Position numbers and translations under genes: made by a program. From contig CDMY01000415.1 of the NCBI GenBank assembly GCA_001179505.1, positions 1 to 64,000 on the forward strand: DNA of 64,000 nucleotides. Direction: 5' to 3'. The stretch's first letter is position 1, and each line of letters begins with the position of its first letter. Below the pieces are notes generated by a model. That model saw only the letters and a list, made by a program, of their open reading frames with translations, ran no database searches and was not told the DNA's origin. This document shows positions 32,114 to 57,851 of the stretch, one piece after another. The stretch is from Vitrella brassicaformis CCMP3155. Its lineage: Eukaryota; Protista; Chromerida.

Positions 32114-34241
32114 ATGGCGGCAGCAGCAGCGGCGGTGCCACCTCCGATGGACGTGGTGATGAGCCCGTCCCCGTCGGCTCCCGCGGCGCAGAAGGAGCGG
32201 GCGTCTGCGGAGGATCTGTTTTTGAAGCTCAAGCAGCTGCAGCGGCAGCTGGAGTTCCTGAACATCCAGGAGGAGTACATCAAGGACGAGCAGAAGAACC
32301 TCAAGCGAGAGCTCATCCGCGCCCAGGAGGAGATCAAGCGCATCCAGTCGGTGCCCCTCATGATAGGCCAGTTCCTCGAGATGATTGACGCCAACTACGG
32401 CATCGTCTCCTCCACGGCGGGCAGCAACTACTACGTCCGCATCCTCTCCACACTCAACCGGTCAGTCAGTGAGGGGAGTGAGTGGAGGGAGGGGCGAGGG
32501 GACAGACAGGCGGCGCTGGTCGGTGAGACGCCTGGCAGATGTGTGTGGTGGTGGTTGTGTGGTTGTGGCTGTGTGCAGCGAGTTGCTGAAGCCCTCGTCG
32601 TCAGTGGCGCTGCACCGCCACTCGCACAGCGTGGTGGACATTTTGCCGCCCGAGGCCGACTCGTCCATCCAGATGATGCAGATGACCGAAAGACCAGACG
32701 TCACCTACTCGGTATGGCACCATCCGCCATGCACAAAGCACAAAGCAGACAGACAGAGGAATGGGTGATTGGTTGGCCCCTGTGTGTGAGTGGAGTGGTG
32801 TGTTGTGTTGTGTAGGACATCGGCGGCATGGACATCCAGAAGCAGGAGATCCGTGAGGCGGTGGAGCTGCCCCTGACCTGCCCGGAGCTCTACCAGCAGA
32901 TCGGCATCGACCCGCCCACGTACGGGCTATACAACACATACCATACATGAATGACATACGCTCAGGGCAGGCGAATCGTTGTCTCATGCTGACTGACCAT
33001 TCTCTCCTCTCTCTCTGTACTGTGTGTCTGGTCTGCAGTGGCGTGCTTCTCTACGGCCCTCCGGGCACCGGAAAGACCATGCTCGCCAAGGTCTGTCTGA
33101 TTGGCAGGCAGACAGGCAGACAGACAAGGAGACAGACACTCGCAAATTAATGCACCTACTTACTGTGCGTTGTTGATTATTCTGTGTGCAGGCTGTAGCG
33201 CATCACACGACTGCGACGTTCATCAACGTGGTGGGTTCCGAGTTCGTGCAGAAGTACCTGGGAGAGGGCCCCCGAATGGTCCGGGACGTCTTCCGCCTGG
33301 CCCGCGAGAACAGCCCCGCCATTGTCTTCATCGACGAAGTCGACGCCATCGCCACCAAGTCAGTCAGTCAGTCAGTCGATACCGATGGATGTCCGGGTCG
33401 CGTCACGGGCCGGCATGTCTGTGTCGTTCTCTGCGGTCTGTCTGCAGGCGTTTCGATGCCCAGACCGGAGCTGACAGAGAGGTCAGTAGAGTGGGGGGGC
33501 AAGGCAATCACTGGGAAGGTCTGTCGAGCACCCCAACCGCGTGTGTCTGTCCGTGTGTGTGTGTGTGTGTGTTCAGGTTCAGCGTATTTTGCTGGAGTTG
33601 TTGAATCAGATGGACGGCTTCGACCAGACCACCACCGTCAAAGTCATCATGGCCACCAACCGACACGACACACTCGACCCCGCACTACTCAGACCTGGTG
33701 CAGTGCAGAGTCCAAGCATCCATCGCCCAAAGTCGATGGATTGATCGGTGCGTGGCGTGCAATGAATGGTTGTCCGTCTTCTCTGCGTGTGTGCACAGGT
33801 CGTCTGGATCGCAAGATCGAGTTCCCGCTGCCGGACCGTCGCCAAAGGCGCCTCATCTTCCAGACCATCACCGGCAAGATGAACCTGGCGGAAGAAGTCG
33901 ATCTCGAAGAACGTACGTACACACGCAATCAATGCACACAGACACAGCCGTACTCTCGTCCGTCTTTTGTTCATTCAGTTGTGTCTCGTCCGGAGAAGAT
34001 TTCGGCTGCGGACATTGCTGCCATCTGCCAGGAGGCCGGCATGCAGGCCGTGAGAAAGAACAGGTGACTGACTGACTGACTGACGCACACAAGAGAAAGG
34101 AGCTGCGTATGTGGATCCTGGCTGGTTTGTTGGCTGTGTGTGTGTTTGGTTAGGTACATCATACTGCACAAGGATTTCGAGAACGGCTGGAAGGTGCACA
34201 TCAAGAAGCAAGACCGAGACTTCGACTTCTACGTCATGTGA
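32114..34241 (+). CDS. RPT3: 26S proteasome regulatory AAA-ATPase subunit 6B (Rpt3)
   Basis: [46 protein letters not shown], Walker [34 protein letters not shown], Walker [17 protein letters not shown]. Confidence 0.97.
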
Positions 34242-34750
34242 GGGACCGACAAGCATTGTTTGTCTTTTCACTGACGGCCGCGCGATACGTGGGGACGGAC
34301 ACAACGGTTCCGTATGTGTACGCAATCGATAACATTTGACGTACACAGACATATGGCCGGATGAATGCGGTCGACTCGGTCGCTGCATGTACATCCGCAG
34401 CTAGCGTGCTGGTCAAAAAACTGTGCCAAACTGCGTCAGGTCCGTCCGTATACGTGTACGAGTGTCGGGTGTGTGTTGGATGGACCTCTCTCCACGACCG
34501 GCCACTGATTGATGAGGCCACGAAAAGTAGGGCACATCGTCTTCGCTTCCGACATGCACTTGGGTCATTCATGGCTCTCGCCGCACACATCTATCTCGGT
34601 CTTCTCGCTTAGTGATCGGTGCCACGCATCGCATTGATCGATCAGAGACACACACCATCAACTGACTGACTAACGTCAGCACCGAAATACGCTGCACCGA
34701 AATACGCTGAGTGCACTCGGCGCCGTGTACGTGTAACTGTCTATGAAAAC

Positions 34751-35572
34751 CAACTACTGTACATACGCCACACTCACTCACGTTTATCGCAGGTACAAGA
34801 ACATCACCAGAGAGAGATGGGATAGGCATGCATACTGTACAGGCAGATTTCGCTTGCTAGCTTTCATGAGAGGTTGGAAGGTCTCATGAAGGTCTGCGGC
34901 ACTACAAATCATACCCACGGTGTCTACCCAAGAAGTCATCCCGTGTGTGTCACGCGTGAGCGCATGCCTCCCTGTATGCTGAGCTTCTACGCCGCAATCC
35001 TATGTGTGTCGTCAATGCACGGGTACGTCTCTTTCGCAATCGCCAAAAGCACATTGCTTGCCTATCCCTCACTCACTCACCCCACCGGCCGCACCAACCT
35101 ACCGCAGCACTACACACCACTTCGCATGTGTACATTCATGCAGCTACGGCTGTCGTCCGAACAACTACTGTACATACGCCACACTCACTCACGTTTATCG
35201 CAGGTACAAGAACATCACCAGAGAGAGATGGGACAGGCATGCATACTGTACAGGCAGATTTCGCTTGCTAGCTCTCATGAGAGGTTGGAAGGTCTCATGA
35301 AGGTCTGCGGCACTACAAATCATACCCACGGTGTCTACCCAAGAAGTCATCCCGTGTGTGTCACGCGTGAGCGCATGCCTCCCTGTATGCTGAGCTTCTA
35401 CGCCGCAATCCTATGTGTGTCGTCAATGCACGGGTACGTCTCTTTCGCAATCGCCAAAAGCACATTGCTTGCCTATCCCTCACTCGCTCACCCCACCGGC
35501 CGCACCAACCTACCGCAGCACTACACACCACTTCGCATGTGTACATTCATGCAGCTACGGCTGTCGTCCGAC
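34751..35572. repeat. 411-bp direct tandem duplication (2 copies)
   Basis: Anchors caactactgtacatacgcc (34751/35162) and ttggaaggtctcatgaagg (34874/35285) are both offset by 411. No gap lies between the copies. Confidence 0.9.
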
Positions 35573-37733
35573 AGGCATGAGGTCAAATGGCGTGTTGTCT
35601 TGTACGACTGCGTAATTGAGATCACCGGCGACCTCATAAAAGACGGCCTGGTACGCGATCGGCAAATCCTCGGGAATGAACAGTCCCCAACGGCTGCCGT
35701 CGTATTTCTTGGACCGGTCAGTCTCCTTAAACACTGAATGCATTCAGACAGACAGACAGACAGACAGGGATGGAGGGATACACCCATACACATACCTACA
35801 TGCATGCATGCACATACAGACAGCGAATGCAGCTACCTGCTGGATTCTTAATGGCATGGTACAGGTCCGTGTAGAAGTCGACGAAGGGCGTCCCGTCCGT
35901 GCAGTTTGCCGTGCAGTGGAGTTCATGTGCCGTGACCAGCTGGATGGTCTTCCTGTCGATTGAGCTGTGCAGGTGCCTCCCTCTCCGATCGATGTAGTCG
36001 GCAATCGCTTGGATGACTCGCTCGTTTGGCAGCTGCAGCATCGACATCGAATAGTCGCACCATCCGGTGTTCCACAAGGCACTGCGAATATACCTGAAGA
36101 AAGGAAAGGAAGATCACCCTTGCATGTTTCATTCAGCGGACGAGTGAGTACTTCCACATGCGCTACCAGTCGAAGACCTTGTCTATCCGCAGCTGCCCGG
36201 CAGCCATGAAAAGCTCCACCTTCAGTTCGTCCAAATACATCTCCTTCTCGACGAACACGTGATACCAGGCAGCGATTGGCGGCTCCCCCGCCACCACGTG
36301 CAGCTACAGGCAGCAATGCATGCTCACATGGACGGAGCACATGACAAAGAGAGAGCACAACAGCCGTCATCTGTCTGGACTGTAAGCCGATGCGTATGTA
36401 CCGGTTTCGCATTTGACTTTTTCGATCCTTTTGACGACTGCACAACACACACATGCCCGCATCCGTCCATCTGTCTTCTCCCTTCCACCTATCAGGCACG
36501 TGGCCAGCCATCCTCGTACCTGGGACGCCGTGACATTATTCTCCTTTGTAGCGGGGGCTTCCTCGCCTGTCTGCGGCATCCGATGCAGCCTCAGACGATT
36601 GTAAATCAATGGTGCTTTATCATGTACGACTGCGAGGCCCATATCATCGGCGATTTCCATAAGGACGGCCTGGTACACGGCAGGCAATTCATTGGGAATG
36701 TACAGACCCCAACGGCTGCCGTCGTATCTCTCAGACAGCTCAGTCTCCTTGAAGACTGAAGGCATTCAGACAAATACATATACGCACAGACAGATAAACA
36801 CACAGACAGAGAGAGAGACCAGACAGACAGACAGACAGACAGCGAATGCAGCTACCTGCTGGATTCTTAATGGCATCGCATAGGTCTGTGTAGAAGTCGA
36901 CAAAGGGCCTCCCGTCCGTGCAGTGGAGTTCATGTGCCGTGACCAGCCGGATGGCCTTCCTGTCGATTGAGCTGTGCAGGTGCCTCCCTCTCCGATCGAT
37001 GTAGTCGGCAATCGCTTGGATGACTCGCTCGTTTGACAGCTGCAACATCACCCCATAGTCGCACCATCCGGTGTTCCACAAGGCACTGCGAATGTACCTG
37101 AAGAAAGGAGGAAAGGAAGATCAGCCTTGCATGTTTCGTTCAGCGGACCACGTCCGCTACCAGTCGAAAACCCTGCCAATCAGCAGCTCCCCCTCAGCTA
37201 TGAAATTGTCCACCTTGAGCTCGTCCAAATAGCTCTCCTTCTCGAGGAACACGTGATATGAGGGGATGGTGGGCGGCTCCCCCTCCAGTACGTGCGACTA
37301 CAGTCAGGAAGTGCATCCACCCACAGGGGAGCGCACAAAAGCCAAAGAGAGCACAACAACTGTCGTATCTAAAGACTGTCAGTTTGCATGTGCAAGTTTG
37401 TATCTACCGGTTGGTCATCGTGCGCATCTGACTTGCCGACCGCTGCTGAGGACTGCAGTGCACTCACGACACACACACACTCGGAGATGCAATGAATGCG
37501 CGCCTCGGCACACACACCTGGGACGCCGTGGCGTTATTCCCCTTTGTAGTGTCGGCCTCTCCGCATGTCTGCGGCATCTGATGCAGCACCAGAAGACTGT
37601 GCCTGGAACTCGTGATGATTTGGCGATTTCGTGAGAGGAGAGGGCGAGCGAGAGATAGGCCAGGTGGAGGTCGCGTGAAGCCGCGTGCGAGGCACACGAC
37701 AGAGGCGATACAAACGAGGATGCACCCTCTCAT
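35555..37733 (-). CDS. Leader-bearing protein with two tandem copies of an unrecognised ~200-aa domain
   Basis: Leader MRGCILVCIASVVCLARG-FTRPPPGLSLARPLLSR. Two units (37297-36521 and 36303-35555) have the same intron positions and motifs YHVFxEKExYLDELKV, WYIRSALWNTGWCDY, TAHELHC and YDGSRWG. The spliced frame is open. Confidence 0.75.
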
Positions 37734-38228
37734 CAAGAGATGGCTGGGCGATCCGCATGTTTGCCGTTTTGTCGCGAAAGCTCGCAAAGGACGGATGGAC
37801 GGATCGACACAGCGGTCGTCCCGTATATGTGTGGTCGCACGTATTCATGAGCTTTAACACAGACATGCGAATGAATGAATGAATGAATGAATGAATGAAT
37901 GAATGAATGCGAGTCGCTCCCCATACATCGTGTGCGCGTTGGAAACAAAACCTAGGTGGAGCCTACGCGACCAACTGACTGCACAACGACACCACAGCGC
38001 TCTAAACAAACGTGCACCACAGCAGCTGAGCTAGGGCAGCAAACACACACACACACACACACACTCTCTCTCTCTCTGTGGAGCTTCCGACTACGTCCGT
38101 CTCCTACTCCCCTTGGCCTGGCTGGGCTGCATTGCAACCTCTCCCTTGATTGACTGATTGCTTAAACAAACTCCCCTCACCCTCACACACGCCACTCTTC
38201 GTTCCCTCGAGTACTCAACAACTATCAC

Positions 38229-45654
<7,426 letters not shown>

Positions 45655-46353
45655 CGCGGACGAGTGTTGCAATCGATGGATCAAGGCAGTGAAACACAAG
45701 AGGGAATCTGCAACACGTCGCAGCAGACACCACCAAACACAGTGCAAGTGCTTTCTGCTGCATGAACTTCATCTGAGGGTGCCTTACCAGCAAATGTTTT
45801 CAACTAGAACGTCGACAGAGTCTTAGTTGCACCTCTTGCGGTCCACACATGCCTTAAACAGCCCTTTTTCCGTTCGGTCCTCCTCAAACACGCGAGCTTA
45901 GCTCGCAGACCTTCGGCCAAAAACAGCTTTCGGTGGCAAAGAAGGCCTTGGTGAGGGCAGCTCAGCGTGGTGCTGCTCTTGCTGGCTGCACAGACGATAT
46001 TTCCCATCAGTGCTGACCAACCGCAGTCAAGTCCTTCTCGTCCTGTCCGTCAAGACGAAGAGCTGCCCTGTGTTAGAGGCCAAGTATCCACCAGGGAGTG
46101 ATTGTCAGCAAACAAACGGCCAAGGCGCCGAGGGTGTTGGGCGGCATTGGTCGATTGCTTCGGGAAGTCCTTCGTGATCTGCACACCCGGGGCACAGACA
46201 GGTACAACTAACACTATATATGCAAAGCGGTGTGCCACTCATGTGTCTGCGTGTTGTACCTGTGTGTGTTCAGCGCCGGGCACTGCCCGTGACTCGTTCA
46301 GCGCCCTCGTGACTCAGTGTACTATTCATTGATTGGCGCCATTGATCGGCAAT

Positions 46354-52893
<6,540 letters not shown>

Positions 52894-54113
52894 AGGGGGG
52901 GGGNNNNNNNNNNNNNNNNNNNNNNNNNNNNNNNNNNNNNNNNNNNNNNNNNNNNNNNNNNNNNNNNNNNNNNNNNNNNNNNNNNNNNNNNNNNNNNNNN
53001 NNNNNNNNNNNNNNNNNNNNNNNNNNNNNNNNNNNNNNNNNNNNNNNNNNNNNNNNNNNNNNNNNNNNNNNNNNNNNNNNNNNNNNNNNNNNNNNNNNNN
53101 NNNNNNNNNNNNNNNNNNNNNNNNNNNNNNNNNNNNNNNNNNNNNNNNNNNNNNNNNNNNNNNNNNNNNNNNNNNNNNNNNNNNNNNNNNNNNNNNNNNN
53201 NNNGGGGGGTGTTTTGTTTGCCAATGCTGTCGAACGACACACGGGGTTGATGGCGGGGTGGGTGAATGGCGTGTGGTTGACTGACTAGTGGGGTGATACA
53301 TAGACGGATGGGATGATGTGAGCATAGATAGATATGTATGTCTTTACCTTTTCTTTGCCTGACGATCGATGGGATGAGTCTGAGGGCTGCCGACGGCACT
53401 CCCTCCCTCCCTCCCTCCCTCCCTCACTTTTGTATGACACTCATACACACATGCATCTGTCTGTCTGTCTGTCTATCTGTAACACTACGCGACAATGCGA
53501 GAGCCGCAGAGCGTTTTGTCCGTCCCCATATATGAGAGTTGTTTTGAGTGAGTGGGTGGGTGGGTGGGTGGCGGGGTGGGTTAGCGAGTGAGTGAGGGGC
53601 AGGCAGACAGGCACTTCACAAAGTGATTGATTGATTGATGGGTAGGGTTGTAGCCAGCCAGCCTCAACTGCGCTCCTCTTTGTTCGAGTCTGCATGAGTG
53701 TCACCACCGACTCACTCACCGCCTCCGAGAGGCGAGTCAGTTGAACTTGTGTCAACAAACAAAAAGACCAAACCAATATAAATGTAGACAGCGATGGCCT
53801 CTGTCCTTCTCGCTTCCCACCTATTCAACAAGAGAGACATCCATCCATCCATCCATTCACCCATGGCTGCTCGCACCCGTGGAGTTAGTTGACAGTCACT
53901 CATTGCAGCGTCTCGTGGCAGCAAACAAATCCAACCAATATAAAATGTAGGGAACGATCGGTTGTGTAAGTGTCCGCTGAGCACAGGGGCCGCCGTCTCC
54001 TCAATGCGCTTCTCCTTTTTGGGCTTGACGTCACAGTGAGCCACTGAAATGAGAGAAAGAGAGAGAGACACACAAATGTCACACACGCTTGCAGACATCA
54101 GCTGTGTATCTCA

Positions 54114-56100
54114 TCAGCTAACCTCCGTCGTCATCCATCGCCTGAAACCCCCTGAGCCCTTGCTGGGCGATGTCCTTGAGTTGCGCGGCGGGTGCGCCAT
54201 CGGGATGGCGTGCTGCTTACGTGGCGAGGTCTTCGCCACCGTCCGGCAGCAGCAAATAACCCAATCGGCGCGTCTCTGGCGCCTCTCGTTGTTGGGTGGC
54301 GGGGCCATAGGAATATCGGCAACGGAAACGGGTGCTGGGGGCGGGGGAGGGGGAGGGGGAGGCGCGAACCAGTCGTGGGCCAGCAGCTCAGAGGCACTTG
54401 GGCGGCGGTTGGGGTCGGGCATCAACCCACTGCAGGCAGCCAGGCAGGCAGAGAGAGAGAGAGAGGGGGAACAGAGAGACGGCTGCAGATGTTTGGTTGA
54501 CGTACCGGAAGTAGAAATCAATTTCCTCGTCAGTCACGTCGGGCAGGTTGCGGAAGGAGACAACGTGGTTGCCAATGCTGGTCTTGACCTGCTCCTCCGT
54601 CAACACACCCAAATTCGGCATCACCTGCCACGGCACCACACACACAGAGCACGACCGAGCAGTGACATTGAAGCGACCGAGCGTCGTCGGCGTGTCTGTG
54701 GGGATCGCTTTCCACAGAAGATACGCAGCCATTTTGGTTTTGTTCTCGATTTCCTAAGTCGACTGTCCCCACAATACCGAACGCAGCGCATCCAGAAATG
54801 AAACGGATGCATGTGAAGCAAAGGCGTGCTGACAGCCTTTCCCTTACAGATACCTCCGTCTTCATCTCCTCGCTCATTTCCTCAATCTTTTTTCTGAGCT
54901 CTTCATTGTGCTTGCGAATGGCCTTCTGTATGAATGAGAGCCATGATACAGACATGCCTTTGCCCACGCTTTGACCTCTGACCTTTCACCTTTGACCCAA
55001 TGCTCACCTCTGTCTTGTTGACGCGCTCGAGGTCCTGCATGGCTGCGTCTTACTCTTCATGGCAACTTCACGGCTTCTCAGATCCTGAAGAGAGGTACGA
55101 CAGCCACAAGATGAGATGCAGTGAGTACTTGATCTTTTTCACCCACTTGGTTCTGCTTCTGCAGTGCGTCGATGTTGGCTGCAGCCTCTTCCGTCGCTCG
55201 AGTGTCTGTTCTCACACGCTCTGAATGTGAAAGACAGGAAGAAGAAGACAACAGTGGATCGAGAAAGAATGACTGCTTTCCGTCTTACCAGGCTCAAGCT
55301 GGCACTTGTTCAGCTACGCGGTGATGTCTGTGCCGTATGCCTTGTGTCCTTTCATGCGACTGACCACCAATCGTTGGAGTATTTGCTCCTGATTCTCCTC
55401 CTGCTTTTTGTCAAACTGATTGAAGGAAAACAGATTATCACCACCGCAAGAGTGATTTCATCTCTTCGCAGAGCTACCTCAGGGACTCGTGCAGTCAACA
55501 TGTCGGTCATGGTCCGGAGCTGATCTCTTTCCTCTGCGGCCTTCGCAGGTTGTCCTCTGAGATTCTCAATAGTCTCTTGTGCATCCTTCAACTGCACAGA
55601 GTCAAGACATGAAGCGCCAGGTCGATACACGTAAGTGAGGCTTTTGCAGTGTCTTGTCTGACTGGTTTACCTTTGTCTGCGATTCCGCGTCAAATACTTC
55701 ACTGAACAACGATCCTTTCCGCTCTAGCGCGGGGGGGACGGCCACATCGGCCATCGAGGGGGAACTGCTGACGGAGGTCGACGGCTTGGTGGCATCAGAG
55801 TTGGCTCCAGGTTCTGCTCCTGCGTGCGCAGTTTTGCCACTTCAGCAGTGTTTTGCTCGCGTAGTCCTTTGTTTTCGGCGTGTGCAGCATTCATGTCAGT
55901 TTTCACACGCTCTGAATGTGAAAGACAGGAAGAAGGAGACAACAGTGAGTCGAGAAAGAATGACTGCTTTCCGTCTTACCAGCCTCACGCTGGCAGACTT
56001 CCAGCTCCTTGCTCTTGTTGGATGCCTCGACGCGCCGCGATAAGCTCCTTCATCGTTTCCCTGTGAGCCTTGTCAGCTGAATGCTTATCAGCACGCAGCT
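54114..56100 (-). pseudogene. Decayed paralog of the 57.8-60.4 kb coiled-coil gene joined to a protein-kinase C-lobe fragment
   Basis: Coiled-coil-like exons carry stops and frameshifts. NKTKMAAYLLWKAIP is homologous to EKTKIAAYLLWRSNP at ~58.4 kb. Spliced DVTDEEIDFYFRGLMPDPNRRPSASELLAHDWF resembles kinase subdomain XI. No HRD/DFG motifs were found. Confidence 0.5.
55205..55985. repeat. ~85-bp duplicated intron segment (55205-55292 and 55898-55984)
   Basis: tcacacgctctgaatgtgaaagacaggaagaag...gagaaagaatgactgctttccgtcttaccag occurs twice. Confidence 0.8.
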
Positions 56101-57851
56101 AGTTCAACGACGCGGAGGATGGGCTGCTGCCATGGCCACTCCCTGTCGAGGAGTGCGACGCGGACGCGGAGGCCGGGAGGGGTGGGGGTGGGGGTGGCAG
56201 TGGCTAGGCCCTCTTCGCTCCTCGATGTGGAGCTGATGAAAAGGGTGCTCGAGGTCGTCGAGCGAAGGTGGCTCCTTGGCGGGCGGAATTGCCGTTGCCA
56301 ACTGGGCCTTGGGTGGGCGGGTCAGAAAGGGCCGCAGACGACGCTCCGGCTGTGGATGGCAGGTGGGAAGAGCATGCGGAATCGAAAGAGGAAACCTGGA
56401 CGAAGCCGCGAGAAGCTCAAAATCAGACCGAAATTGAGCGGAGCCTGTCTCCCTAATCTCGCCGCGATTCTCGCCATTTACGAAGAGCGGAAAAATCTTT
56501 CTCGTTGCTGCAATGCAAGTGTCTTGTGTAGTGTTGTGTGCGTCTCCGCGTTGGTGGTGTGAAAATACCTGTACATCGACCAGCCACATCGACCAGGCAA
56601 GGGAATCACCTGTGGCCGGGGGGGAAGTGTCTGTCTGTCTCTACATGTACACGTGAGACGCACGGGTACATGTAGGTAAGTCTGTGTGGACAGAGAGATC
56701 GACACGCTTGCAGTGGTCATATCCATTGGTTGAATTCCGTGACAAACACGCGACAAACATGCTAGCAACGGCTTCAGATGGCAAGGAGACACTGAAGTAC
56801 TGAGCTCCGGCCCCGGCCCCCCTCCACCCCAAGCGCAGCATTGAGGCGCGAGACAGCAATGAGACCGAGGATGAATATCTGCTGACTGGAGTAATGGTGA
56901 GACATTGGTCTACAGAGAAGGCGGCCGCACAGAGAAGGTGTTTTGGTGCTGTGGGTGGAGGTCGGCGGGTGGACCGGCAGGGGGTGGGTGGGTGGGAAGG
57001 TGGGAAAGTCGGAAAGTGGGGGAGGGAGACTTGTCATGTCTGCTTTGTCTGCAGGCAGCCGTGATGAGCCGGCGAAAGCCTCCCTTACTCATCATCCCCC
57101 CGCCAGCCCCCCATCTGCAAAGAACAGCGACGCCATGACACACTCCTGTGGCTCTGCCCCCGCCACCAGCCCTGGTTGTAGAGGACAGACGGAGGGGTGA
57201 GAGGTCTGCTTCCGTGAGTTTGGTGGACTACCTGAAGCAGAGAAGGGCTGCCGAGCGGAGGAGGGCGACACATGTGTGACGGTCTTTCCAGGGGTGAGAG
57301 GAAGAGACACTATGGCAAATTGACGTCATCAAGAATTTGTCACGATGGACGCCCTTCGCTGAGTTCACGGTGGTTCAGAACATGTTTACGTGCGGTCAGT
57401 CCACCATACTAAGATTCGTCTCAGGCCACCATGATGTTGGTCCGTACTAGCACTAGATGTCTCCTCGCCCGCCCCCCGCAGCAGTCAACACACGTGTCCA
57501 CACTGCAAGGATGGATACAGCCAGCCACACATCTAGACGCGCAGACACGGCCATCATCACACGAGTCAGTCAGTCAATCAGTCGATCAGTCAGTCGCCTC
57601 TGAAAGGCGCCGCACAGTCGTCGGTCGGGCGGTCGAATTGAGTGAGCCCGGCCGGCTGTCCGTCAACACAACTCACACATATGATGCCACATGCAGGCCC
57701 TAATTGACTCACTGACTGACTGACTGACATATGGCCTCTGCACGTCACACACATACAACTTGTTAGATGAATGCTTATCACACGAATTCACACGAATTCC
57801 ATTCGGCTGGCTGGCCTCTTCTCTATCGGACACGCACACACTTGAAAAGGA

